Counted from the stretch's first letter, positions 30,892-41,060 are shown. The stretch: 64,000 nucleotides of DNA from Desulfobacterales bacterium (GCA_046483495.1 JAWODC010000001.1:32001-96000), one strand, 5' to 3'. A program made the numbers and translations. Notes: a model not told the origin generated them from the letters alone.

Positions 30892-31230
30892 TCATGATGA
30901 GAAAGAGCGGTCAACTTCGTACCACCCGGCACTGACTATTTTAAGCGAATTGTTTGCCGGTTTACTTCCGGGCCATGTCGGCGCTGCAAGATAGTCGGAC
31001 AGCGCTTTTTCTGCAGCTTCCATGGAATCCGTATCAAATTCATAAATTGTAATATACTGAGGCGGATCGGTTTTCATAAAGGGTTTCACCAATCGGTGCG
31101 CTGTAGCCCGTATGATCCCAGGCGTATGGGAAACATCTTCTATATGGTTTCCCAGGTACCATTCCTCGAATGCTTCCCTTGAAGCTTCTGAAACAGGTTC
31201 AACCAAGCCGATCAATTTTACCTTTGGCAT
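30892..31230 (-). CDS. EthD/DUF4286-like dimeric alpha/beta barrel protein
   Basis: EAFEEWY...HI.DV...PG...A, YITIYE. Confidence 0.75.
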   Translation of the reverse strand: MPKVKLIGLVEPVSEASREAFEEWYLGNHIEDVSHTPGIIRATAHRLVKPFMKTDPPQYITIYEFDTDSMEAAEKALSDYLAAPTWPGSKPANNSLKIVSAGWYEVDRSFSS

Positions 31231-31463
31231 TTTCCTTCTCCTTTTTAAAGAATTCGGATGATGAATCTTCTCTTTTTTTCCGCCGTTCAGATATTGTATG
31301 TGAATCGGCCGCTCGCATTTTAAAATTGCGGAATGCGACCAATATAGAACAACCTTTCGATGTAATACCTTTCATTAGCCGTTTCGCTTCTCAAAACGAT
31401 CGACGTATCTTCCTGCCCGATCAGATGAAAATTTAAAAAGGCAAACGCTGCTGTAAGTGAAAT

Positions 31464-32294
31464 CTAAACCCCGCATTTTCCCGACTCACGGATCATATCG
31501 GCGCCCTTATGAAATCTCCGACCGGCCTTCCCGCCCGTTGTTTGCCCGGCATCGACAACTAGTGTGTGTCCGGAAACGTATCGCGATTCCTCACTGGCGA
31601 GATAGAGAATGGCATTGGCGATATCAATCGGATACCCGGCAATCCCAAGGGGGGACATTTCCGCAATGGCTTTTGCAGCTTCCGATGGTTTGTTCGGATC
31701 GCCGGTTACGGCAACCGATGTCATGACGGTTACGATATTGCCCGGAGCAACCGCATTCACACGGATGCCGTATCTCCCGAGTTCGGATGCCACTGATTTT
31801 GTGAGCCCCACGACCGCATGCTTGGCAGCCGTGTATGCATGCGGCCCCAGTCCTCCGGCGACACCGGCAGTGCTCGAAAGGGAGATGATGGAGCCGGATC
31901 TTTGCGGTATCATCACCCGTGCCGCATGCTTCATCCCCAAAAAGGCGCCGCGCAACAGGATTTCAATGGTCGCATCCCAGGCAGACAGGGGAATCTCGCC
32001 GATGGACCCGACGGCCCCGATTACACCTGCGTTATTGACCATACAATCAAGCCGCCCGAATTCACTGACGGCAAAGTCCACAGCAGCCGACACATCCGTT
32101 TCCCGTGTCACATCCGTTTGAACAAATCGCGCCCGTCCGCCGAGTTCCGACGCCAATGCCACACCGGCATCTGTTTGGATATCGGCAATAACGACCGATG
32201 CCCCTTCTTCTGCAAACAATTTCGCAGTCCCGGCGCCAATTCCACATGAGCCGCCGGTGATAACGGCGCTTTTACCCTCTAACCTGTTCCCCAT
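31464..32294 (-). CDS. Short-chain dehydrogenase/reductase
   Basis: TGGSCGIG, NNAG, GPHAYTAAK. Confidence 0.9.
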   Translation of the reverse strand: MGNRLEGKSAVITGGSCGIGAGTAKLFAEEGASVVIADIQTDAGVALASELGGRARFVQTDVTRETDVSAAVDFAVSEFGRLDCMVNNAGVIGAVGSIGEIPLSAWDATIEILLRGAFLGMKHAARVMIPQRSGSIISLSSTAGVAGGLGPHAYTAAKHAVVGLTKSVASELGRYGIRVNAVAPGNIVTVMTSVAVTGDPNKPSEAAKAIAEMSPLGIAGYPIDIANAILYLASEESRYVSGHTLVVDAGQTTGGKAGRRFHKGADMIRESGKCGV

Positions 32295-32404
32295 TTCGAA
32301 TTCCTTTTCTGTTCAGTTAGATGTGATAAAAGAATAAGGTCCGTCCTTGATCCGTGAACCGCGCGGCACTTTTTCTCCTTGTGTCACATGCCGCCGGAGA
32401 TGGA

Positions 32405-33466
32405 TCACGGAGCGATGATTACCTTGCATTGATCGACAGGTTTCTTCAGCGCTTCAAACATTTCCGGGAGTTCATCGAGAGACACCGTGTGGGTGATCAT
32501 CGATTCCGGCGTGATCCGTCCCTGTTCAGCCATGTCCAGGGCGAGGCGAAAATCGCGCCATTCATAGCCGACACTGAAACGGATCTCCAGGTTTTTAAAA
32601 ACCGCCATACCGGGATGAAACCGGTCCGCAGCGTTGCACACACCGGCCACCACAATCCGGCCGCCCGAGGGGGCCAATTCGATACATTCCTGAATCATTC
32701 CAGGGACGCCGACGGCTTCGACGATCAGGTCCGGCGCCGCTCCCGTTTTTTTGGCAAATGCCGCGCCCACATCTTTTTCCTCGTTGATGTCAATGACATC
32801 GTCTGCCCCCATTTTCAGTGCAAGCCGCATTCTCTCGAAGGAACGCTCGCTGACGAGAACCCGACCCGCACCGCAAAACCTGCTCCAATTTACTGCCGTA
32901 AGCCCGATCGGTCCGGCACCCACAACAAGGATATTTTGCCCGGGCGCCACATCAGCCCGTCTGATTGCATAGAGACCGACGGAAAACGGTTCGATACATG
33001 CGGCCGCCTCCCAGGAAACCGTGTCGGGGATTTTAAACGAGACCTTTTTATCGACCAGCACGTATTCGGCATAAGCCCCCTGGGCATTCCTGTATCCCAG
33101 ACCGATGCTCTTGGCCCGTGAGCAGGCTTTTTCGTTTCCTGTCAAACAGGCGTTGCATGTACCGCACACCAGGATCGGGAACACCACAACCCGGTCCCCC
33201 GGGCGCCATTCCGGTTCGGCCCCGGGCCCCACCTCGACGACTTCACCTGAAAATTCATGGCCCAGAACGGTTCCCGGTTTTGCCAGGCCGAGCTGAACCC
33301 AGTGAAGATCAGTCCCGCATATTCCGCATGCTTTCACTTTCAAAAGGAGTTGATTTTCTCCGGGTCTCGGAACTGCCTGTTCACTGAAGACCAGGCGTTC
33401 ACCAGGCCCCTGCATGATCACGGTTTTCATTTTTTTCCTCTTTTCCGAACCGATGGCGGTCGTCAT
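32405..33466 (-). CDS. Zn-dependent alcohol dehydrogenase (MDR family)
   Basis: CGICGTDLH, GHEFSG, CGTCNAC...C, GAGPIG; alternative start ~33430. Confidence 0.9.
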   Translation of the reverse strand: MTTAIGSEKRKKMKTVIMQGPGERLVFSEQAVPRPGENQLLLKVKACGICGTDLHWVQLGLAKPGTVLGHEFSGEVVEVGPGAEPEWRPGDRVVVFPILVCGTCNACLTGNEKACSRAKSIGLGYRNAQGAYAEYVLVDKKVSFKIPDTVSWEAAACIEPFSVGLYAIRRADVAPGQNILVVGAGPIGLTAVNWSRFCGAGRVLVSERSFERMRLALKMGADDVIDINEEKDVGAAFAKKTGAAPDLIVEAVGVPGMIQECIELAPSGGRIVVAGVCNAADRFHPGMAVFKNLEIRFSVGYEWRDFRLALDMAEQGRITPESMITHTVSLDELPEMFEALKKPVDQCKVIIAP

Positions 33467-34083
33467 TTTTCGGCATCAACACTTTTCGCGGTCGGGTGCG
33501 GCGGTGAAACGATCACCTTTCGAACGGGAAGATCTTTCGCCATTTTTTTCGGCGAAAATATAATCGATGGAATCACCTTTTCGGAACAAACGAACCCTTC
33601 GGCCTGCCTGCAATCCCCGTACTTTTTTTGCAGTTCGTCTAACGGTCCGGCATCGAGGGCTTTCATGATGCAGGCGTCCACACAGATCGGCTTTTTGTTT
33701 TCCGACAGCCTGTCGATGCAAAAATCACATTTCTGCATTTTCGCCTCTTCCCGGAATTCAAATTGCGGCGCCTGGTAGGGGCATGCCATTTTGCATTGTT
33801 TGCAGCCGATGCAGGTTGCCCCATCCACCACAACAACCCCGTCTTCTTCTCTCTTTTTCACGGCGTCAACAGGGCAGACAGCCGTGCAGGCAGGATTTTC
33901 GCAATGGTAGCAGGAGCCAAACACATGATGGACAGACACATCGGGGCAAGTACCCTTCTCGATGCTGATCATACGAATAAAGCTGACCGGGCCGGCGGGA
34001 AGATCGTGCCAGTCTTTGCAGGCTACGATACATGTGCGGCAGTTGATGCACAATTGCTGATTGAAATAGAATCCCATCTGCAT
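33463..34083 (-). CDS. DmsB-like 4x[4Fe-4S] subunit
   Basis: GFYFNQQLCINCRTCIVACKDW, CYHC, CIGCKQC, KCDFC. Confidence 0.9.
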   Translation of the reverse strand: MQMGFYFNQQLCINCRTCIVACKDWHDLPAGPVSFIRMISIEKGTCPDVSVHHVFGSCYHCENPACTAVCPVDAVKKREEDGVVVVDGATCIGCKQCKMACPYQAPQFEFREEAKMQKCDFCIDRLSENKKPICVDACIMKALDAGPLDELQKKYGDCRQAEGFVCSEKVIPSIIFSPKKMAKDLPVRKVIVSPPHPTAKSVDAEK

Positions 34084-34093
34084 ACATCTTCCC

Positions 34094-36355
34094 TCAATCG
34101 TTTGCCTTCTCGACTTGCACCCATGCGGTGTTCGTGCAAAAAGCACCCCCCGGCGAGGGTTCATCAGCGATCAACACATTGGGGCAGCCGCCGTGGTCTA
34201 TACCGTTCTCATCAGGATCGTACCAGGCGCCTTCCGGGATATCGACTACCCCCGGCATTATTTTCTCTGTAACCGCCGCCGGAAGGACGGTTTTTCCCCT
34301 GTGGTTGAAAACCAGCACTGCATCCCCGTCCTCGATTCCCCTCGATTTCGCATCGACACCGTTCATAAATACAGACTGCCGTTCCAGTTCTCTCATCCAT
34401 GGAATATTGTCAAATCGGCTATGGGTTCGCCGCCAGTAGTGGGTGGTAATCAGCTGGAGTGGAAAATCTTCACTGCCGCTCTCCCGGCACGCTATGTACT
34501 TTGGAATCGGCGGAACTTTTGAATTGTTCATATCCGCAAGTACCTGGGAAAATATCTCGATTTTTCCGGAAGCTGTCGGAAATTTATGGTGTTCGGGGTC
34601 CTCGATCTGATGTTGAAATGCAATTACCGATTGGGGCGCAACCCGTTGAATGCCGTTTTTTTTAAATGTTTCATACTCTTTTATCTCTTCGATTCTTTCA
34701 ATCGAGCTTTTTAGCCATTCTTCTTCTGTTTTCTCACTAAAATTGGATATCCCCATTTTGGCTGCCAGTTCAGTGGCTATGTCAAACATGGATTTCGATT
34801 CGCCGACGGATTCAATGGCCTTTTCTCGATGGCCGTAAAACGGCAAAAAGGGGCATACGGTCAAATCGTTTCGTTCCAATATCGTATTCTGCGGAAGAAC
34901 AATATCTGCGAACTTGGCAGTAGGCGTCATAAATTGTTCATGCACTACAATGAAATCGAGTTTTTTCATTGCAGCGGCAATTTTATTGGTATTTCCGTAT
35001 TGATTCAGCCAGTTTATGGTTACCAGATAAAGCAGCTTGTAGTCTTCTGGATAACCGCCGCTTCGCCCTTTCAGAACAGCATCTGCAACCCGCACACGGT
35101 TTAAAAACGCGGTGGTTTGCCCGCCGGTATAAAAATGGCCGGGTGCCGGGATGCTGAAGTTTCCTTTTCTCGCCTCTCGATGATAGTAAATGGAATCTTT
35201 TCTCAATGGAGATGCGAGATCAACGGGGTTGTATACGCCCTTTTTCAGGAAACGGTGCACCCCTTCCATAATGACCAGCCTGACTGCGGGGTCCTGGACC
35301 TGCATGGGGCCGCACCCCGCGCTTCCGCCCTCGATACCGATATTGCCCGTCATACCTGCCAATGTTGCCGCGGCACGGTTGAATTGCTCCCCAAAGGCGC
35401 CTCGTGCCGGTGCAAAACCATCCATGAGCGCCGCGGGCCTGCAAGCGGCATATTCCTTGGCCAAATCGGCTATAACAGCCCCTTCTACACCGCATATTCG
35501 CTCCGCCCATGCGGGTGTTTTCGGAATGCCGTCGTTTTTTCCGAGCAGGTATGCCTTGTATTCATTGAACCCGACGGTATATCTGTCCAGAAACGCCTGG
35601 TCCTGAATGCCTTCTTTCAGAATGACGTAGGCCATCGCAATCAGCATGGCCGCATCGGTTCCCGGCCGTATCGGTATCCATCGATCGGCAAGAAGCCTCG
35701 CTGTCTCTGTGTAACGGGGATCGACACATACCGCCCGTACGCCCTTCTCTTTCAGCTGTCTGAAAATGGAAGGCATGTGGCCCCCGTACATTCGAGTCAC
35801 TACCGGGTTCCAGCCCCAAAAAATGATGAATCGAGAGGCCAGAAGATTGTCCCGGCTGTTTGCCGTTACCCCATTGGCAACGCCGTAGGTGGCGTTTGCC
35901 GCAAAATTCGTTCCTTCATCTGAAACAGTGCCGAGCACTCCGGTGTATCCGCCTGCATTTGCAAGCACCCTCTCGATCAATCCCGCATAATGCAGGTGGC
36001 CAAGATCTCCCGAAGAACAAAGAAAAATCCTTGACCCGGCACCATATTCCGCCCGTACGCGGTTCAATTCCGATGCAACTGTTTCAAGGGCCTCATCCCA
36101 GCAAATACGTTTGAACGCTCCTTTCCCACGTTCACCTGTCCGTTTGAGGGGGTGTTTGAGGCGTCCCGGATCGTATACAAGCTGTCGGTAAGCGCGCCCC
36201 TTCAAACATGCCCTGAACTGCGGCTCCGGGCCGTCATCGGTTTCAACCCGGACAATCTTCCCGCCCTGGACATGAAGCTTGAGCACGCACGCGTTTGTGC
36301 AGTGGTCGTGGCATACCGAATAAACGGTCTTTACAGAATCACCCGGCGTTTCCAT
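34094..36355 (-). CDS. DmsA-like molybdopterin oxidoreductase catalytic subunit, no Tat signal
   Basis: CHDHCTNAC..RAC, WGWNP, PGTDAAM, TAKFADIVLP, TASGKIEIFS. Confidence 0.9.
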   Translation of the reverse strand: METPGDSVKTVYSVCHDHCTNACVLKLHVQGGKIVRVETDDGPEPQFRACLKGRAYRQLVYDPGRLKHPLKRTGERGKGAFKRICWDEALETVASELNRVRAEYGAGSRIFLCSSGDLGHLHYAGLIERVLANAGGYTGVLGTVSDEGTNFAANATYGVANGVTANSRDNLLASRFIIFWGWNPVVTRMYGGHMPSIFRQLKEKGVRAVCVDPRYTETARLLADRWIPIRPGTDAAMLIAMAYVILKEGIQDQAFLDRYTVGFNEYKAYLLGKNDGIPKTPAWAERICGVEGAVIADLAKEYAACRPAALMDGFAPARGAFGEQFNRAAATLAGMTGNIGIEGGSAGCGPMQVQDPAVRLVIMEGVHRFLKKGVYNPVDLASPLRKDSIYYHREARKGNFSIPAPGHFYTGGQTTAFLNRVRVADAVLKGRSGGYPEDYKLLYLVTINWLNQYGNTNKIAAAMKKLDFIVVHEQFMTPTAKFADIVLPQNTILERNDLTVCPFLPFYGHREKAIESVGESKSMFDIATELAAKMGISNFSEKTEEEWLKSSIERIEEIKEYETFKKNGIQRVAPQSVIAFQHQIEDPEHHKFPTASGKIEIFSQVLADMNNSKVPPIPKYIACRESGSEDFPLQLITTHYWRRTHSRFDNIPWMRELERQSVFMNGVDAKSRGIEDGDAVLVFNHRGKTVLPAAVTEKIMPGVVDIPEGAWYDPDENGIDHGGCPNVLIADEPSPGGAFCTNTAWVQVEKAND

Positions 36356-36372
36356 TTTTTATTACCGATCGT

Positions 36373-36849
36373 TTAAGCGACAGGAGAAATACACGTCCGC
36401 ACAGGCAAATACTCCAGGAGTTCAATGACATTCCCGTCAGGATCCCGCCCGTATACAGCCCTCAGGCCCCCAAGTGAATCCTTGGATGGCGGTGTGTGAA
36501 AACGCATGCCGGCATTTTTCAGGCGGTTGAATTCACTGTCAAGGTCATCGACAACAAGGCATATGTGAGTAAAACCGCAATCGCAAACCCGCCTGGAGGA
36601 AAATATCCTCGGTTTTGGGGATCTGAATTCGAAAAATTCGATGATCATTCCCCCCTTTCTCAGCATCAGCACTTTTCCCGCAGAACGTTTAAGTCCGGTT
36701 ACGCCGTCCACCCGATCCCCTGTTGCCGTGTGGGGCCGCCATTCGGCCATTTCCATTTCTACATCAAATCCAAGGGCATCCCGATAAAAGGCGCTTAATC
36801 GCTCGATATCAGGGGTAGAAATCGCTACATGGTGTATTCTGCGAATCAC
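36373..36849 (-). CDS. VOC (glyoxalase-like) family protein
   Basis: IHHVAI, FYRDALGF, GFTHICL, RDPDGNVIEL; GTG start. Confidence 0.85.
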   Translation of the reverse strand: MIRRIHHVAISTPDIERLSAFYRDALGFDVEMEMAEWRPHTATGDRVDGVTGLKRSAGKVLMLRKGGMIIEFFEFRSPKPRIFSSRRVCDCGFTHICLVVDDLDSEFNRLKNAGMRFHTPPSKDSLGGLRAVYGRDPDGNVIELLEYLPVRTCISPVA

Positions 36850-36883
36850 ACCCGGGTTCCTTTCTTTTCCGATACCGGAAAAA

Positions 36884-37705
36884 TCAGATATAGAGCAGAC
36901 CGCCATCCACATAAATCGTGGACCCATTTATATTTCTGGCATCTTCCGAACACAGAAAAAGTATGGTATTGGTGACATCCGACATCGTGATCGGCTCGCC
37001 GAGAGCGCTTTGCTTTTTATTGATATACGCATACAGCTGGTCCTCGGGGGTGCCGTTCTTTCCCGAAGTCGCCCTGAGAGCGCCCCTGGTCAGTGATGTC
37101 ATAACCAGGCCGGGGCCCACACAGTTGACGTTTATTTTGTATTTGCCGACCTCCTTGGCCATGGATACCGTCAATGACTCGATGCCTGCCTTTGCAGCCC
37201 CGTAGGGTGCATTTCCGGCCTGACCTTTGGCGCCAATGGAACTGGTATTTACGATTTTGCCGTATTTTTGTTTTATCATGACCGGAAGGGTGTATTTAGA
37301 GCAAAGAAAGGTGCCTTTTAGCATCACATCGACAATCAGGTCCCAGATACCTTCTTTTACCTCCCAGACGGGAACAGCGACGGAAGCGACACCGGCGTTG
37401 TTTATCAGTATGTCTATCCTTCCAAATTTTTCTACAACCCGATTTATCATTTTTTCTACGTCATCTTCCCTGGACACGTCACATTCAATACCGACGGCGT
37501 CACTTCCCAGACTGCGGATTTCCGCCAACACGCTTTCCATGTCGTCCGTGGTCGCCATATCGTATTTCAGCTCTCGTTGCGGCTTGCATATGTCTGCAAT
37601 TGCAACGTTAGCCCCCTCCCGGGCAAACCCGAGTGCGTGCGATTTCCCCAGACCGTTGGCACCACCCGTAATCAGCGCCACCTTGTTTACAAATCGATCA
37701 GCCAT
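36884..37705 (-). CDS. SDR oxidoreductase, mycofactocin-coupled-type signature
   Basis: TGGANGLGKSHA, ADIC...YDMATTDDM insertion, NNAG, YGAAK. Confidence 0.82.
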   Translation of the reverse strand: MADRFVNKVALITGGANGLGKSHALGFAREGANVAIADICKPQRELKYDMATTDDMESVLAEIRSLGSDAVGIECDVSREDDVEKMINRVVEKFGRIDILINNAGVASVAVPVWEVKEGIWDLIVDVMLKGTFLCSKYTLPVMIKQKYGKIVNTSSIGAKGQAGNAPYGAAKAGIESLTVSMAKEVGKYKINVNCVGPGLVMTSLTRGALRATSGKNGTPEDQLYAYINKKQSALGEPITMSDVTNTILFLCSEDARNINGSTIYVDGGLLYI

Positions 37706-37850
37706 GAAATGCCACCTTTCCGCGAAAGGACGCTTGCCGTTTATGTGTTAAAAACCGTTTCGCCTGGACAACCGCCATCGGATCTCCTCGCTTTCATGCT
37801 GACGGAATCCGGACGTAGAACCGGAGCACGAATGCGACGCGTTGGAAATG

Positions 37851-38657
37851 CTAACCGACATCCTTGAATTCGGGTTTGCGTTTTTCAAAGTTGGCCTGAA
37901 TGGCTTCAACCTGGTTCGAAGAACCGATGAGGGGCATTATGAGATCCGTCTCCAGCAGTAGCCCGTGCTTTTCGGACCCATGCCATGCTTCATTCAGCAG
38001 TTTTTTTGCAGATCTCACCGCGTGAGGATTTTTATCGGCGATCTCCTCGGCCAACGAAAACGCTTCTGCAAGGGGGTCGTCACATACGCGAGTGACGAGT
38101 CCAAGCCGCGCTGCTTCTTCAGCTGGCAGGATCTTTCCCGTGAACAAGAGTTCTTTGGCAATATCCAAACGGACAAGATCCCGAAGCGTCTGGGACCCGG
38201 ACATATCAGGGATCAACCCCCACTTTATTTCCATTACGGAAAATTTCGCGTCCGGAGAGGCATAGCGGATATCGGCCCCCAATGCTATCTGGCATCCGCC
38301 ACCGAACGCAACCCCATGAACGGCGGCGATAACAGGAACGGGCAATTGTTTCCAACCATGAGCGGAATATTGGCCGAGATTTGCAATGTTGCCGTCCGGT
38401 CGTCTGCTTAAATCATCATTTTCCTGGATGCCCCCGCTTTCCATTTGCTGGAAATACTCGAAATCGAGCCCGGCGCAGAATCCCTTCCCCTCCCCGGACA
38501 AAACTACCGCCCTGACCTGCCTGTTCAACGACAGGTTACGGGCAGCCTCGCCGATAGCCGAAAACATCGCCGGATTCAAGGAATTGTACTTTTCCGGCCG
38601 GTTAAAACTGACATGCGCAATATGATTCTCAATGGTTGTCTTAACAAGTTCCGACAT
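37851..38657 (-). CDS. Crotonase family protein (dienoyl-CoA isomerase-like signature)
   Basis: FCAGLD, FGGGCQIALGAD, MEIKWGLIPDM. Confidence 0.88.
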   Translation of the reverse strand: MSELVKTTIENHIAHVSFNRPEKYNSLNPAMFSAIGEAARNLSLNRQVRAVVLSGEGKGFCAGLDFEYFQQMESGGIQENDDLSRRPDGNIANLGQYSAHGWKQLPVPVIAAVHGVAFGGGCQIALGADIRYASPDAKFSVMEIKWGLIPDMSGSQTLRDLVRLDIAKELLFTGKILPAEEAARLGLVTRVCDDPLAEAFSLAEEIADKNPHAVRSAKKLLNEAWHGSEKHGLLLETDLIMPLIGSSNQVEAIQANFEKRKPEFKDVG

Positions 38658-38688
38658 TATTTTATCCCCCAAAAGTTTAGCTATGTTT

Positions 38689-40644
38689 TTACAGTAAACG
38701 TCCCGTTTCCCTGCCCTCGTCAATTGCGAAAAGCGCCCTTCGAGGCCGTTTGGCATCGCCGATAACATACACTTCCTTGACAGTATTTCCGACAGAGGCA
38801 GACAATGTCTCCACGGACTTTGCCCCCATGGCAAGCACCACCTGATCGATTCTATCGATATCTATTTTTTCTCCATTCCGATCAATAACCACCCGATTGC
38901 TGTGTATTTCCTTTATGGATACACCGGTGAACAGTCGAATATCTTTGTCATAAAGCCGTTGCATCAAAAGTTGCCGGGGCTGTATAGCCATATCTTCGGC
39001 CAAATTATCCGTCATTTCCACAATGGTGACATTTCTCCGCCGAACAGGATATTTTTCCGATGGATGCGAAATAAAATCAGCTGTTTCGCACCCTACCGCC
39101 CCACCTCCGATAATCAAGATATCGTTGGCGTTAACAGCGGATTTGCCTTTAAGCACGTCCCATGCCGTTGTTACACAACCATTTTCAATTCCCGGTATAT
39201 CAGCCGGGACAAAAGGCTCGGCGCCGGTGGCGATAATAACAGCGTCAGGTGCAACATTCCTGACGAGCGATTCATCGACAAAGGCGTTCAACTCCACCGA
39301 AACCCCCTGTTTCTCGATCTGCCCGCGAAGATACTGAATCATTAGGCTGAACTCCTGTTTAAATGGGGGCACACACGCAATATTGATCTGACCGCCTAGC
39401 TTATTATCTTTTTCAAAGAGCAGCACCTCGTGTCCTCGGAGCGATGCAACACGTGCGGCCTCCAATCCCGCCGGTCCTCCTCCAATAATCATGACTTTCT
39501 TCTTTTTTACGGCAGGACCAACAGAGGCCTCTTTCTCCCTGCACCTGGATGGATTCATCGTGCAACTGACGATTCCACGTTCCGGATGACCCATGAAACA
39601 TCCTTCATTATCCCCGATGCAGGGTACAATGTCATCAATTTGACCTGCCGCGGCTTTCCCGGGCAAATCGGGATCAGCAATAAGAGCGCGGCCCATTGAA
39701 ACCATGTCCGCCTTTTTTGAGCGTATCACAAATTCAGCCACCTGGGGCGTATTGATCCGGCCCACGGAAATAATCGGTATCTCCACCACTTTTTTTACGG
39801 CCTCGGAAAGATCTGCATTCATCGCCTGCGGTGAACCTGCCGGAGGAACGACCGCCCAGAATGCTTCAGGAACAGCGCCGCTCGATATTTCGAGGGCATC
39901 TGCGCCGGCGTCTTCAATGATTGGTGCTATAAACTGTGTTTCCTGTATGGTTCTTCCACAAATCACACGGTCGTCACCGGATATCCTTATGATAATGGGA
40001 AAATCATCTCCGGCCCGCTTTTTCGAGGCCTTTATAATATCGGTAAGCAAACGAGTCCGTTGATGCAAAGACCCGCCGTATTCATCCGTTCGTTTATTAA
40101 AAATAGAGGATAAAAAGGCCCCGATCATTGAATACGAATGCGCGGCATGAATCTCTACGGCATCTAATCCTGCCGCCCTTGCACGCTTGACGGCTTCGGC
40201 ATAGTCGTCAATAATGCCCTTGATTTCGTCGCACGAAAGCTCATGTGGTGTTTCCCGAATGTCACGAGCCCAGACTGGTGATGGGCCCACGGCTATACCG
40301 CCAAATTTTCGCCCGCTGTTGGGTCCGGGATCCAGAATTTGTGTTGCCAGTTTGGCACCGTGAACATGAACCCTTTTCGCAAGATCTTCCCATTCCTGTA
40401 TAAAGCAATCGTCATACAAACCCAGTGTATTGGGATAAAACTTTCGAACAGCATTGACAGTAGCAGCTTCTACGATAATAAGGCCCGCGCCCCCCTTCGC
40501 TCGTGCTTCATAGTAATCTTTGGCCCTTTCTGTCAAAAAACCGTCTTTATCCGCAGTAAACGTATGCATGGGCGGCATGACGATTCGGTTTTTAAGTTCA
40601 ACCCTTCCCAATTTAATAGGGCTAAACAGATGCTTGAATTCCAT
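38689..40644 (-). CDS. OYE/FadH-family Fe-S flavoenzyme (BaiCD/BaiH-like architecture)
   Basis: EIHAAHSY, RTDEYGGS, CIGDNEGC, GGGPAG. Confidence 0.9.
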   Translation of the reverse strand: MEFKHLFSPIKLGRVELKNRIVMPPMHTFTADKDGFLTERAKDYYEARAKGGAGLIIVEAATVNAVRKFYPNTLGLYDDCFIQEWEDLAKRVHVHGAKLATQILDPGPNSGRKFGGIAVGPSPVWARDIRETPHELSCDEIKGIIDDYAEAVKRARAAGLDAVEIHAAHSYSMIGAFLSSIFNKRTDEYGGSLHQRTRLLTDIIKASKKRAGDDFPIIIRISGDDRVICGRTIQETQFIAPIIEDAGADALEISSGAVPEAFWAVVPPAGSPQAMNADLSEAVKKVVEIPIISVGRINTPQVAEFVIRSKKADMVSMGRALIADPDLPGKAAAGQIDDIVPCIGDNEGCFMGHPERGIVSCTMNPSRCREKEASVGPAVKKKKVMIIGGGPAGLEAARVASLRGHEVLLFEKDNKLGGQINIACVPPFKQEFSLMIQYLRGQIEKQGVSVELNAFVDESLVRNVAPDAVIIATGAEPFVPADIPGIENGCVTTAWDVLKGKSAVNANDILIIGGGAVGCETADFISHPSEKYPVRRRNVTIVEMTDNLAEDMAIQPRQLLMQRLYDKDIRLFTGVSIKEIHSNRVVIDRNGEKIDIDRIDQVVLAMGAKSVETLSASVGNTVKEVYVIGDAKRPRRALFAIDEGRETGRLL

Positions 40645-40727
40645 GAGGTATTCTCCGGATTTATGGTTGGTTTACAAGCCTGAACGTTTTAGAAGGATCT
40701 TTGGACGGGTACTGCTTCTCATCTTGA

Positions 40728-41060
40728 TTATTTCAAGACATTTACCCGATATTCGGAGATAAATTCGTCGTCCATTTTCATCAAACCTAATGCATTAAAT
40801 AGAATCCCTCCGATTTCAACATCATATCTCATGGCATTACCATTAAATAGAACGTTTTTTGGGATTAAAGCGCCCTGTGAAGAAAAGACGTTTTTAAAAA
40901 ATTTTTTTATCTTTTCTCGTCCGTTCAGGCTGATAGGTTCCTGGTTCATTTTAACCGGCCCTTCATCAAAGAAGTGAGCATTTTCCGAAAAAAGAGATGC
41001 CATTTTTTCGGCATCTCCTTCCCGCAAACATCGAAGATAATTTTCAAGCATTTTCATCAT
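40728..41060 (-). CDS. Small NTF2/SnoaL-like (ketosteroid isomerase fold) protein
   Basis: Y...L..GD.....LFSE.A.F.D, GRE.I..FF. Confidence 0.75.
   Translation of the reverse strand: MMKMLENYLRCLREGDAEKMASLFSENAHFFDEGPVKMNQEPISLNGREKIKKFFKNVFSSQGALIPKNVLFNGNAMRYDVEIGGILFNALGLMKMDDEFISEYRVNVLK

Noticed and set aside
32354..33121. Long antisense ORFs (also 23436-24236, 35117-35923, 20758-21330)
   Set aside because: Shadow frames opposite well-supported genes, with no recognisable motifs
22065..36355. Respiratory DMSO/TMAO reductase (dmsABC) assignment
   Set aside because: No Tat leader, DmsC or DmsD seen, so gene symbols were withheld
38658..38834. Extended N-terminus of the crotonase in the ORF track (similar extensions at 7672, 10296, 14149, 30932, 34164, 36927)
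   Set aside because: Overlap upstream genes or promoters; downstream starts fit RBS and family length better
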